A DNA stretch of 63,942 bases, the filler included, from Octopus bimaculoides (taxonomy: Eukaryota), in NCBI RefSeq assembly GCF_001194135.2. It is 8 parts of 7 records of this genome, joined end to end, with 100 filler letters (N's around TTAATTAATTAA, not from the genome) between each part and the next. Parts side by side here need not be neighbours in the genome. Positions count along the whole stretch, not along the records: positions 10,908 to 20,268 come from NC_068991.1; positions 20,369 to 52,160 come from NC_068984.1; 6 more parts are not named here. One strand, 5' to 3'. The stretch's first letter is position 1. Each line of letters begins with the position of its first letter. The notes under the pieces were generated by a model, which ran no database searches, was not told where the DNA came from, and saw nothing but the letters and a program-made list of their open reading frames with translations. A program made the translations under genes and the position numbers. Shown here piece after piece: positions 11,237 to 23,305 of this stretch.

Positions 11237-12479
11237 AACCTCACTTAAAATGTCTACAGCATTAAAGAGAAACTGTTTAAACTTTCATAAAATGTAACTA
11301 AAACGAATTATTGATTTAATCTTATTTTCATTGTGAATTGTTAAATAACTTGAAAGATTGAACATTATTTGGATTTTTTTTTTTAAATGCAGTACTACTT
11401 ATATATTATAATATGCTGCATGCATATATCCCTCGATTTTATAATGATTTTATTGTGAAGATGAATAAATTCACGTTTTCTGTGGCTGTGAAGATAGTTG
11501 TGGTCAAAAGGAGATGACGGCAAAGAATATTTTTATTGCATTAAAATTTATATCTTCAACACTAAACCTGGACATTCTCGGTGTAAATTTCAGCTTTCAA
11601 AAAAAGTGTTACATATTTGTGACTAACGTCTGTATGTCAATAGTGGTGAGTTGGTAACTAGTGGTGTTGATAGTTATTTGTTGTTGCTAGTAGTGGCATA
11701 AGGAGTGTCAACAGTGTGTGTGTGTGTGTGTGTGTGTGTGCGTTTACTATTCATTATGGTAATTTTGCAGTAAGATAAGTCCTGTTTCCTGCGCAATTTC
11801 AAAATTCCGCCAATTAATAATGCTTTCTTTTGTTAGCTACAGAAGTATCAGAGAAAAGAAGTTTTTTTTTACAAAAACGGGTTACATAAAGCTAACAAAT
11901 GAAGGGTAAAACCAAATATGTTCACTCATTGTCATCAGATATTATGAGGACAAATTATAAAACTGGGAGAGGTCAAATTTTAGTACGAAACCAACAATTT
12001 TAGTGGGAGGGATTTAGTAAGTTACATTGACCCTAGTACTTAACTAGGTATTTTATTTCACCGATCCCGAAATGACGAAAATCAAAGTTGGTTACTGCAG
12101 AATTTGAACTCAGATCGCAAAGAACAGGAGGCGTTGTCTCTGAGCATGTTTTTTTCCCACACACTGACGATTCCGCCAACTCGCCACAACAATAATGATA
12201 ATATGCCATGCATACTGTGAATGGGTGCACCAAGCTCGCCCAAAAGGAATACAAAAGAAAACAATAACGCCGCGAGAATGATTCACTAGAAGACGTGTTG
12301 CATGTATGGATTAGATTGTATGCGGCTTTCGATCATTACGAAGGACTCGGCCGAAAGCCGAATCCGCCCTAAACCCCGGCAGTAGCTGTTTGAAAACCTC
12401 TATAACTCCACCATAACTCAGACACTTAGAATGTGATGAATAATTTCGTAAGTCTGTACGTATCTCGGACAGATCAAGT

Positions 12480-13780
12480 TGACAGCATTTCTATGATTGT
12501 AATGTTAGTCACGAACCGGGCAAGGATTCTTGGAAGTTATTCTTAGTTTTGGGGCTGAAATACATTTGAAATTTGCCAGCCAGTTGATTCTGGCAGACAC
12601 CCAGATTTTCCCCAAAAATGGTGTCGCCCTCTTTTACCATTAGTCCACTAACATGGACATTCTACCAGAACTGTTACTCGATTAGTCAAGATATAAGTGC
12701 TTGTCAACGTTTCTGTCGCTAGTCTTGGTCTTGGGTTGTTTCACGCCTGCTACGCAGTCAGAGACCTGTGAGGGAAAGCATTTGACAAAAGATGATCGCA
12801 CCTACTTACCGTCTCGGATGTTGTAACTTCAGTGCTTGCCTACAAATCAGACCATGCATGCCACGCTGCGGATGTTAACAGCAGATGGTTCGTCTAACTA
12901 ATGGCACGCGTTCTTTTCACGAGAAGTAAAAATGCTAATGCTCCAATGTGGTTAAACGAAAACCTGAGTAAGGCACAAGAACCAGTCGGTGATAAATGAT
13001 ATAAGCATTTACCCCCTTTGCCTGAGCTTTCAATGATAGATTCCTCTCAGCCCATTTCTGGATGAAACACTCTGCTCATAGCCCCGTCCCAGTTCATATC
13101 CACCTGGAGACCTGGATCAAATCAGACCTCGAGCAATATAACGAATCGTCAGCTCAGTGCTTCACGACCAGGGCCGGCCCTGGAGTTGCTGGCGCCCCGG
13201 GCAAGTTGAACATCGGCGTGTGCAAGCTGACGGTCGTGGAAATTTCCTTGTCTTTGTCACGCCCCCATTGACGCCCCCTAGCACATGGCACCTAGCAAAT
13301 GGCGCGCCGCACGACTGCCTGAGTTGCCGGTGCCTTGAGTCGGCCCTGTTCACGACCTTGGCCGCCAGTATAGATTGCTTCAACAGGTACCGAGATGCAA
13401 GTTTATCAAATTGTCCGAGTTAATTTTTTTTTCTCTTGTTACCGCCTCCTTTTCTTTTAGCATGGTGTCAACCACTATCGTCTTCAACACTATCGTGTAG
13501 CCGTCATCCTTCATAAGCCTTCGCAGCTGTTTTGCCTTCCACTTCGAACAGGATGCTTTCAAAAATTCCAGTTTATTAAGCAATGACTCGAGAGTTAAAG
13601 AAAGACGTTCTAGTGTTCGATTTGAAACGGTTCCAATAAGTAACCATTGAGCCTGATCATCAAGCACCGCCTGCATTGAAGACAACCGTCGCGTAACCCC
13701 CCACCACACATAGCAAAGCCCAGATTGAATGCCTGAAATTGTTTGGAAAAGGCTCTGAGCAACAACTACGATATTCACGT
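12480..13780 (-). mobile_element. Possible decayed Ty1/copia-like gag(-protease) region
   Basis: ORF 13380-13778 has DDQAQWLLIGTVSNRTLERL...KQLRRLMKDDG, which resembles copia gag (UBN2-type). No LTR, PBS or RT was found. Confidence 0.3.
13169..13348. mobile_element. hAT-family MITE, 180 bp
   Basis: TIRs cagggccggc / gtcggccctg; perfect 8-bp TSD TTCACGAC at 13161-13168 and 13349-13356. Confidence 0.9.
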
Positions 13781-14104
13781 CAACACAATAATATCTATGT
13801 CGGTATAAAATGACAGGTCATATAAGGAATAAGATGGGTTTTTTTTGTTTGTGCGTTTAAACAAAAAAAAAACCCTGCCATTTAATTTCTTTTTCTCTTC
13901 CTTTAAGTTGAGATATACAGAAATGATAACAAAAGAAGAAAAAAAAGAAGTAGATAAAGTTTCATGGTATTTTGTATGATCTACTAAAACGGAGATAAGA
14001 GTAATGACCTACAAAAGCTTGTAAACAGGCAGGACAATGATTTAGCAAAAAAGTGGGAATTTCCCAACTTGTAAATGACAAGCAATGACGCGCCCGCACT
14101 CACG

Positions 14105-14152
<48 letters not shown>

Positions 14153-14375
14153 ATATATATATATGTATATATCGCAAGTGTTGGCGTCGTTTAAATTATT
14201 GTTCCACATAATGTGGGCGCGCGCGCATTGTATGTGTATCAACTAACGAATTAAACCTTACTTAACATATAAATGATTATAAATCATAAATTTATCATAG
14301 TTTTTAACTATTTCTGAATAGGTTTGTGTATGTGTATACGTATATACATATATATACGCATACACGCGCGCGCGT

Positions 14376-14412
14376 TAGCAATGCATCCTGGCGTTGCCCG
14401 AGTGTTATGACG
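14376..14412 (+). mobile_element. Possible Helitron-like 5' terminus, interrupted by the hAT MITE
   Basis: ttagcaatgcatcctggcgttgcccgagt resembles the ctagc...cccggcgttgctcggg starts of such elements (recalled pattern). Confidence 0.3.
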
Positions 14413-14711
14413 CAGGGGTTTTCAAGCTGTGGTCCGCGGACCACAGGGGGGGGGCGCAAGGACAAGACAGGGGGTCCGTAGACAGCAAATACTTTTTATG
14501 CGCAATTTGATTTTATATATGTTTTTTAATCGAAATCTTTTAATTGACAATAAACCTATTTGTTAAACACTGTTAAATAAATAAATGTAAAAATATATGT
14601 TATTTTAAGCAAATATTTATGTGTAAATTTCATAAGCGTTTATAAGGGAGTCCCTAAGGTAAAGCCTGAAATATAAAGGGATCCGCAAGTCAAAAAGTTT
14701 GAAAACCCCTG
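14413..14711. mobile_element. hAT (Charlie-like) MITE, 299 bp
   Basis: TIRs caggggttttcaagct / agtttgaaaacccctg (15/16 match); TSD ttatgacg / ttatgacc (7/8). Confidence 0.88.
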
Positions 14712-14762
14712 TTATGACCTACAGCCACATAGTATTATTTGTTCCTTTCTTATGGGCAGAGT

Positions 14763-15142
14763 GGAGGCGCAATGGCCCAGTGGTTAGGGCAGTGAACTCG
14801 TGGTCTTAGGATCGCGGTTTCGATTCCCAGACCGGACGTTGTGAGTGTTTATTGAGCGAAAACACCTAAAGCCCCATGAGGCTCCAGCAAGGGGTGGCGG
14901 TGAACCTTGCTTTACACTTTCACCATAACTTTCTCTCACTCTTTCTTCCTGTTTCTGTTGCACCTGTATTTCAAAGGGCCAGCTTTGTCACATTCTGTGT
15001 CACGCTGAATCTCCCCGAGAACTATGTTACGGGTACACGTGTCTGTGGAGTGCTCAGCCACTTGCACGTTAATTTCACGAACAGGCTATTCCGTTGATCG
15101 GATCAACTGGAACACTTGTCGTCGTAACCGACCGAGTGCCAA
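14763..15142 (+). mobile_element. tRNA-derived SINE family C, full length
   Basis: Head ggcgcaatggcccagtggttagggc...ggtttcgattccc contains A-box and B-box-like motifs; related head at 36415-36515. Confidence 0.75.
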
Positions 15143-16192
15143 CATATGGGCAGAATCGTTACAGCTGATATACAGTGAACTGGATTACTGGCCTAATGGA
15201 AGTTATTGTCTGTTTAAAAGTGAAGGAGAGGGTACAATNNNNNNNNNNNNNNNNNNNNNNNNNNNNNNNNNNNNNNNNNNNNNNNNNNNNNNNNNNNNNN
15301 NNNNNNNNNNNNNNNNNNNNNNNNNNNNNNNNNNNNNNNNNNNNNNNNNNNNNNNNNNNNNNNNNNNNNNNNNNNNNNNNNNNNNNNNNNNNNNNNNNNN
15401 NNNNNNNNNNNNNNNNNNNNNNNNNNNNNNNNNNNNNNNNNNNNNNNNNNNNNNNNNNNNNNNNNNNNNNNNNNNNNNNNNNNNNNNNNNNNNNNNNNNN
15501 NNNNNNNNNNNNNNNNNNNNNNNNNNNNNNNNNNNNNNNNNNNNNNNNNNNNNNNNNNNNNNNNNNNNNNNNNNNNNNNNNNNNNNNNNNNNNNNNNNNN
15601 NNNNNNNNNNNNNNNNNNNNNNNNNNNNNNNNNNNNNNNNNNNNNNNNNNNNNNNNNNNNNNNNNNNNNNNNNNNNNNNNNNNNNNNNNNNNNNNNNNNN
15701 NNNNNNNNNNNNNNNNNNNNNNNNNNNNNNNNNNNNNNNNNNNNNNNNNNNNNNNNNNNNNNNNNNNNNNNNNNNNNNNNNNNNNNNNNNNNNNNNNNNN
15801 NNNNNNNNNNNNNNNNNNNNNNNNNNNNNNNNNNNNNNNNNNNNNNNNNNNNNNNNNNNNNNNNNNNNNNNNNNNNNNNNNNNNNNNNNNNNNNNNNNNN
15901 NNNNNNNNNNNNNNNNNNNNNNNNNNNNNNNNNNNNNNNNNNNNNNNNNNNNNNNNNNNNNNNNNNNNNNNNNNNNNNNNNNNNNNNNNNNNNNNNNNNN
16001 NNNNNNNNNNNNNNNNNNNNNNNNNNNNNNNNNNNNNNNNNNNNNNNNNNNNNNNNNNNNNNNNNNNNNNNNNNNNNNNNNNNNNNNNNNNNNNNNNNNN
16101 NNNNNNNNNNNNNNNNNNNNNNNNNNNNNNNNNNNNNNNNNNNNNNNNNNNNNNNNNNNNNNNNNNNNNNNNNNNNNNNNNNNNNNNNNNNN

Positions 16193-16415
16193 CATGAACG
16201 TAAGTCCTTATGCTCATTGATCTACGCAGGATTGCGCCTAAGGACTCGTGCTCTGGTTTCTATAAGGATAATCTGGATCTCGACTGAAGAGAGAAAACTC
16301 CGAATGACCTGTCTGTGTTTTCTTTGTATCGTCTATCTGTATGTTTTGTCCCTTCCGTGTATCACCTAACTGTCTGGATGTTTTGCGTCCTTGTCCCATT
16401 TTGCATTATTTATAC
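16193..16415 (+). mobile_element. PLE-type tail with a hammerhead remnant near 16284
   Basis: CTGAAGA-GAG-AAAA-CTC-C-GAAT followed by a pyrimidine-rich tail; GAAA and stems I and III are degenerate. Confidence 0.3.
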
Positions 16416-16496
16416 ACACACACACACACACACACATATAATATATTATATATATGCATGTATGTATATATGTATGTATATATGTATGTATGTGAG

Positions 16497-16772
16497 ATAA
16501 TAGTTTCAGTATTAAAATGAAACTATTAAAGTGAAAATAACTGGCATTACAATGGAGAGATGTTGTTGTTTCACTTTTGACACGTAATACTGAAATAGTG
16601 GAGGAGGTATGATATTGCTTTGGGCTCGCATTAGGCAAAGAGTTAAAAAAATTTTGGGCCTATAACACTACATGGACACTAAGTAAGGCAAGTGTAAAAT
16701 TTGAATGAAATTGGTTGTGTAGTTCTTTAGGGATTCACACAGACAGACAGACACACATTCTCATTTATATAT
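16497..16772 (+). mobile_element. Second copy of the Helitron-like repeat
   Basis: Shares gtttcacttttgacacgtaatact..aaatagtggagga and ctaagtaaggca..tgtaaaatttgaatgaaattggttgtgtagttc with 8774-9057. Confidence 0.6.
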
Positions 16773-16795
16773 ATATATATATATTTATATATATT

Positions 16796-16878
16796 GTGTG
16801 TTATGTGAATTTATGGAAAGGTATCCCCAAATTTGTTGAGTTCTATGGGATACCTTTCCATAAATTCACATAACACAC
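16796..16878. repeat. Perfect 32-bp hairpin with a 19-nt loop
   Basis: gtgtgttatgtgaatttatggaaaggtatccc / gggatacctttccataaattcacataacacac. Confidence 0.95.
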
Positions 16879-17044
16879 CATATACAAGTATTATTTTCAT
16901 ATTCCCAAACTTACGCCAGTAAGCTACCAGCAAAATATGAAGCATCTTTATTAGAAATCGGTTTTTTTTTTGAACCCTCCAAATTAAAGGACGAAATATA
17001 ATTCAACATTTAATACACACACACACATACACGTCGAAGTTCAA

Positions 17045-17452
17045 CTTGCTCTAGAGCTGACCCTACTCTGCAGAGACTGAAGATCAGGAGTTGGCTCTGG
17101 ACTTGCGCAATTGGCGTTTTCTTTGTGTTGTGTTCGTAGGAGATAGCATCTCTGTTGGTGCGGCTTCACCAGGCAGGGCAGTCTTGCGTTTGTGTTTCCC
17201 AGGTGTCGAGGTTGATTTTAAAGCTCTTCAGTTAGGTTTCGAATGTGTCCTTGAAGCGTCTATTTTTTTTCTGTCCACCTCGTGTACGTTTGCCTTCTGC
17301 CAGTTTGCTGCAGAACAATTTCTTAAGGTGGCGTCTGTCGGGCATCCGGACACGCAGTATGTAGATGCTTGGCAGATCAGCTCGAGAGAGGACGTTTATG
17401 CCTGGGACCCTGTCTTGCCAAGAAATCTTCAGCAGCTTTTTCGGGCAGTTCT
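17045..17452 (-). mobile_element. RTE LINE 3' fragment
   Basis: Minus translation LLKISWQDRVPGINVLSRADLPSI..RMPDRRHLKKLF..LAEGKRTRGGQK..RFKDT. Confidence 0.8.
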
Positions 17453-17510
17453 TATATACACACGCGCAGATTTTTCCAGATTTTTATACTTTAGTTTTGG
17501 TTTCAAATTT

Positions 17511-17692
17511 TAGCACAAGGCCAGCAATTTATGAGGAGGGGGAAGTTTATTACATCAACCCCAGTGCTTAACTGATACTTATTTCATCGACCCCGAAAAA
17601 ATGAAAGGCAAAGTTGACCTCGGCGGAATTTGAACTTAGACCATAAAGACGGACGGAATGCCACAAAGCATTTTGCGCAGCTTGCTAACGAA
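17511..17692 (-). mobile_element. SINE family B
   Basis: atcgaccccgaaaaaatgaaaggcaaagttgacctcggcggaatttgaac core, shared with 21514, 28613 and 43838. Confidence 0.8.
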
Positions 17693-18254
17693 TATTAGAG
17701 GCGTACATTATACATTAGAACAAGCTTGGTGAAAAAGTTATTGGAGATTCTTTGTAGCATGTGTGTGTGTGTGCGTGTGTGTGCGTGTGTGTGCGTGCGT
17801 GTGTGCGTGTGTGTGTGCGTGCGTGTAATATTATTCTATTATTAACGTTAATGCTTGTTTATTTTAGACTCACTTTTTTGCCCCCACTCCAGAGTCAGTT
17901 CTGGTGAAGTAGTGAATTGGACAGCACTGTATCTTATTTGCATATCTTGTCGTGAAGTGGGTTTATCAGATATATAAGCAAAAAAGTTGTCTAATTATTC
18001 TTTTAACACAGCGGCATTTACTCCTCATAGACCTCCGATGACTGAAAATTTGCATGCTTTTGATTTTTAAAATTTGCGTGCCTTTGATTTCTAAACTGTT
18101 ACAATACTGGGTCCTTACTCTAGACTGAGAGCGCAGGATCTATGGTACGATGTAAAGGTGCCCAGTCCAGTGATTGACATAGCTTTCAATCGCAAAGCTG
18201 GGTACTAGACCTTCCAGGATCAGCCTACATATATATCACTGCATATCTTTTGCG

Positions 18255-18480
18255 TCACCTCTCTGTTGCACTGAGGCAATCTTCTTGGTGTAGTGGTATT
18301 GGATTACCACGAGTCATGTCCTTAATTTGACTGTCTGTGGCGACCATGATTAGGAGCAGTGATCTAGGCAACTGAGACCATATTCTTTTCTCAACTTTTA
18401 AGGAAAATTTGTAGCAAGTCCGATTCAGCGATACCAGATCTCTCAAGCCTCAGACTCGCCATTTCAATTTTTCAAACCTG
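18255..18480 (-). mobile_element. Possible APE endonuclease remnant of an RTE-like LINE
   Basis: IEMASLRLERSGIAES and LVVIQY resemble APE motifs; highly degenerate. Confidence 0.25.
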
Positions 18481-18599
18481 TTACACCTTGCAATTCGCTG
18501 ATTTTTCACATTAAACATGCTTTTGTTTTTTTGTTTTTTTATTTCCTTCTCTGTCAGGAACAGCAATTGATATTTTCTTTAAACATATCTATCCTTGCT

Positions 18600-18846
18600 T
18601 GTATTAATAACCGATCTGTTTTCCTCTAAAATATTTCTGTTCACACACACACACACACACACACACACGCATGCATGCACACATTATACTTCAACATATT
18701 TTCTACCCAGAAACCTACACTCCTATATACTCACTTTTTCTCGTATCTGTACACTCTCATACCTCACCAGTCACACACTTGATATTTTCCACACCTTATC
18801 TTCTCGTACAATCACATGTTCCATGCACCGCACGTACTCACACGTA

Positions 18847-18879
<33 letters not shown>

Positions 18880-19370
18880 CACTCATCCTCTATATACCCA
18901 TACTATACTCTCTGAGATGTTGTACACACACCTAACCCATCCTATAAACGCATTCACACACACAGCGATACTCACACTCAAACGCCTAACTTCCTTTCTC
19001 TTACACACATGCTTCACACGTTTTACTTCGTTCACATCATCATCCATACCCACACCCTTGCACACACCGCCCTTTAATTGTTCCTAATTATTCATGTATT
19101 CATTATTTGTACAACTTTACTCGCACACTTCACTCCTTATTCACTTACATACACGTACAACTGAATCAACATTGTTTGTTTTTATTTCTGTTCTTACAAT
19201 TTTCTTCCCTTCTATTTTGACGAAGGACTACCACCCGAAACGTTGACTTCCATTCCATTCCTCCACGACGTTAAATACATTGATTTTTTTTTCCTTGTCC
19301 ATAGTTTTGTAACCTTTTCATTTGTTTTTACTTTATTTTTCTCGTGTTCCACTGTGCTATTAAAAAGAAA
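18600..19370 (+). mobile_element. PLE-type CA-rich 3' region with a hammerhead remnant at 19217-19244
   Basis: TTGACGA-A|GG-actaccac-CC|GAAA|CG|TT followed by a pyrimidine-rich tail ending in attaaaaag. Confidence 0.4.
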
Positions 19371-19881
19371 TACAGTTTATAAATTTAAGTCTCATTCATG
19401 TATGTAGTTTTCCTACTCTCTACCGACGACAAAATGCTTCCGGTATTTTTTTATTTATAAGTTTGTATTTCACTCAAATATCCTGTTTACAAACAAGAAA
19501 ACAACTAATACGAATAAAAAAATATCATTCAAGACAGTGGAAGTGTTATTTAACTTTTTGATGCTGCTAAATTTACACATTATACCATCATTCCAGAAAC
19601 TGCTTCCTGTGATTATCTTTTCGATAAGGTTCTATTGTTTGAAGCCATCACGTAGAGAGAGCTTCTTGTTATCTTCCGATACACTGCATCCTCCACAGAG
19701 ATTCTTTACGTATATCTATAATGAAGTGTCTCTCTATTACGTCTCAAATTAACAAATATCAGGACTCTACCACCACTACCACCAAAAAATATGCGTGAAA
19801 TAGTCCACCCACCTCTTTTATTAATGAAAAGGCAAGAGATAATTGGCATTCAAATGATTCTTCTTTGCATGTTATTGTACG

Positions 19882-20020
19882 CTGTCATCACCTTTGATGG
19901 GTTGTCATCACTATTCATGAACTGTCATCACCTTTCATGGGCTACCACTAAACTTGGTGGGTTGTCATCACCTTTAATGGGCTGTCATCGCCTTGATGAG
20001 CTGTCGTAAGCCTTCACAAG
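19882..20020. repeat. 20-bp minisatellite, about 7 units, each with an internal hairpin
   Basis: Consensus ctgtcatcacctttgatggg; units start at 19882, 19902, 19922, 19942, 19962, 19982 and 20001. Confidence 0.85.
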
Positions 20021-20500
20021 CCTTGTCATGCTGTTGCCTAAATTCAAAAACCTTAATACAATTTTAATTTGATTTTAACGTGGCAGTTTGCCTACCATAC
20101 TTTTCCGTTCTCATCGCTCCTCTCTCCGTGTGGAGCGCTGGGCAAATGCTTTCTACTCAATATACGTTTTCTTATATGCAGGTGTGTATGCATATCTATA
20201 CATGCTTATATGCATGTATGTATATGTATACATACATAAATATATACATACATACATATATATATATANNNNNNNNNNNNNNNNNNNNNNNNNNNNNNNN
20301 NNNNNNNNNNNNTTAATTAATTAANNNNNNNNNNNNNNNNNNNNNNNNNNNNNNNNNNNNNNNNNNNNATATATATATACATATATATACACATACATAT
20401 ACACGCATATATGTATATATATATATGTGTGTGTGTGTATGTATATTGCTCATGTAAACATCCGTTTGGTCATGTAGACACACACAGACACAGATATGCA

Positions 20501-20542
<42 letters not shown>

Positions 20543-20620
20543 AATAAATCAGAAAAGCCTTGCAGTACATTAAGATGTTTTATCTCCGCCATCTTAACAA
20601 ATCAATTTTATATTACACCA

Positions 20621-20658
20621 AGCTGATATTTCGGCATAAATATGCCTTATTCAAAATA
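20621..20658 (-). ncRNA. Degenerate hammerhead-like motif
   Basis: Minus strand TTGAATAA|GGCAT-ATTT-ATGCC|GAAA|TA|TC. Stem II is strong; the core has 2 changes and stem I is broken. Confidence 0.35.
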
Positions 20659-20799
20659 TTGGAAAATATTAACAACAAACGAAGAAATAAAATGAGATAT
20701 GGGATATTTTCGGCCTTTCAGATTTTTTATTGATGCTACGTTTGTTTTTCTACTATGACGTCTTTTTCCTGGGCGACATTTCGGAGGACAAATTCTTAA

Positions 20800-20990
20800 A
20801 CAGACACCAAGTGTAGATGGACGCATGTTCAATACCATCCTTTGCATTACTTAAGCAAAACTCTCGTGTATGATCCCGAAGTGTTGTAATGTAATAGCGT
20901 TTCATTTGAACAAGTCTTTCCTACTCAGTGAAGCTGTCCTTAGTCTCAGATGGTAATTGTCAAATCCCTGACAATTCTTTTCTGCACCTC
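20800..20990 (-). mobile_element. Possible decayed GIY-YIG fragment of a PLE, upstream of the 20621 hammerhead on the same strand
   Basis: VRCRKELSGI*QLPSETKDSFTE*ERLV resembles GIYxLxCxCxxxYxGETxR. Confidence 0.35.
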
Positions 20991-21513
20991 ACTTCTTAAG
21001 CACCTCACTTGTTAAGCGAATTACTTCACTTGTTAAGCGAATATCTGCTGTATAAATACATTACTACAGAACATACAACAATTATTGTTAAATAACTAAT
21101 TAAGAAGTGTCATATATTACATTAACCAAGATATATATCTCATTCGTTTTCTCACACAAAGATTCTCATTCAAAGCTTCGCAATAAATAATTGTTCGAAA
21201 TTTAGGCACAAATCCAGAATATTTTGGGACGAGGAAGTTGATCAATTACATCGAATGCAGTGCTTGACCGACACTTTATTTGTAGACTCAGAGAAATGAA
21301 AAGTAAAAGAGACAGCGGGATTTGAACTGAAAACTAAGGAGGTTCAACTTTTGAATTCGATGGAGGGGTCTTCAAAGGAGAATCGGTACCTTCAACAGGA
21401 TAGTAATAAGCAGGCGTCAAAAATAATGAAAATGTATGGAATGTGGTCATTGATTTCTACACAGTTTTCAGATTTATCATCTCTCTCTGAAGTTCGTCGT
21501 TCGGCCATTATAA

Positions 21514-21750
21514 ATTTATTTCTTTATTGCCCACCGGGGACTAAACATAGACGGGACAAACAAAGACACACAAAAGGATTAAGTCGATTACATCGACCCC
21601 AGAGTGCGAAACTGGTACTTAATTTATCGACCCCGAAAGGATGAAAGGCAAAGTCGACCTCGGCGGAATTTGAACTCAGAACGTAACGGCAGACGAAATA
21701 CCACTAAGCATTTCGCCCGGCGTGCTAACGTTTTTGCTAGCTCACCGCCC
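21514..21750 (-). mobile_element. SINE family B, full length
   Basis: Reverse complement begins ggcggtgagctagcaaaaacgttagcacgccgggcgaaatgc and ends aataaagaaataaat. Confidence 0.85.
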
Positions 21751-21977
21751 TTCAGTCATTCTATAGTGACTTCTTCGGAGATTCGCTTAAACAGGAACCG
21801 GGAGGTACATCACTTAAACTTAAGGTTAATATCAACGGTTAAAAGGCGATTAACAAAAAAACAAAGACAAAAACAAAACACAATTATATAATATGTGTGT
21901 GAGTGTGCATTGGTATTATTCCAGAAGGTATATATATGTGTGTGTGTATATATATGTATATACACACATATATATAT

Positions 21978-22026
<49 letters not shown>

Positions 22027-22513
22027 TATATATATATATATATATATACATATGTATATACATGCACACACAAATATCTGATACATTCCTTCTAATTATA
22101 TATATAATCACAAGAGAATCATATATTAATGTATATTTATAATTTAAAATTGAAAGTTTCAATATTGTTACACGTACATGTTTATAAATATATTCATCCT
22201 ATATGCATGCATGTATGTATACACCTATACATATGTATAAATATACGCATATATAGATAGATAAATATATATATTTATGCTTATATATACATATACTTTT
22301 ATGCATACACATATATATGTGTGTGTGTATGTGTGTGTGTATGCGCATATATATATATGTACATGCGTATGTATATATGTATATGTATATATCTATACAC
22401 ACATATATATATATATATATATATACATATATATACATATACAAACACACACACAAAGAATTATACTGGACATGTATGTTTATGTATGTGCGCGCACGCA
22501 CATGCACACACAC

Positions 22514-22598
<85 letters not shown>

Positions 22599-23052
22599 CA
22601 CACTCGTTAGAAATAAGCGCAGTCATGGTATCAGCGCATTCATGAAAGCAAGTATGAACAAGACAGAGAATAAATAAACGCACATCTGAAAGAAAGCTGA
22701 ATGTTTAAAGAGTGAAATATCAAACAGGAAAACAGATTTTCACTCGTAAAATCTTGAGAGAAGCACGTATTTTATTGGTTTGTTTGAGTAATAAAAGATT
22801 TTTAACACGTTGATTTGTTTGCAAACGATATTTTCAAGGTCGTCTGTTTCAACCATTAGCAAGTCGCCATTTATTTTCAAAAATTTCTGTTTTAAACATG
22901 CCTTCCTCCTCCTCGCTCTTTATCTTTATAAATGGTAACCTTTAAATAAAAAGTACTTATTATCTGTGTAAATATATATATCAGCATTTTATCTGTCCAT
23001 CTGTCTGTCTGTCTGTCTCTCTACTTCTTGTCAGTTCGTCTATCTATCTATC

Positions 23053-23111
<59 letters not shown>

Positions 23112-23131
23112 TTATCTATCTATATACACAT

Positions 23132-23305
23132 AAAGCGTAGGCATGGCTGTGTGGTTAAGAAACTTACTTTGTAACCACTTTGGTTTCGGGTTCTATCCTA
23201 CTGCGCGGCAGCATGAGCAAGTCTATTCCACAATAGTTCCGGGCCAATCAAATCATTTTGTGTGAATTTGGTTGGCAAAAACTAGGTAGAAGCCAGTCGT
23301 GTATA
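23132..23305 (+). mobile_element. SINE family A, diverged 5' part
   Basis: gcgtaggcatggctgtgtggttaagaa...ggtttcgggttc. Confidence 0.65.

Noticed and set aside
15024-16220. Long ORFs spanning N gaps (also at about 350, 25143, 29966, 36440, 44608, 46233 and 57535)
   Set aside because: Open only because N codons do not stop translation.
19882-20020. CRISPR-like array
   Set aside because: Units are directly adjacent with no unique spacers, there are no cas genes, and the context is eukaryotic.
21604-21891. ORF MRNWYLIYRPRKDERQSRPRRNLNSER, repeated at 28503
   Set aside because: Antisense translation of SINE family B, not a gene family.
21884-22683. HT/CV/YI-rich ORFs
   Set aside because: Translations of (CA)n and (TA)n microsatellites.
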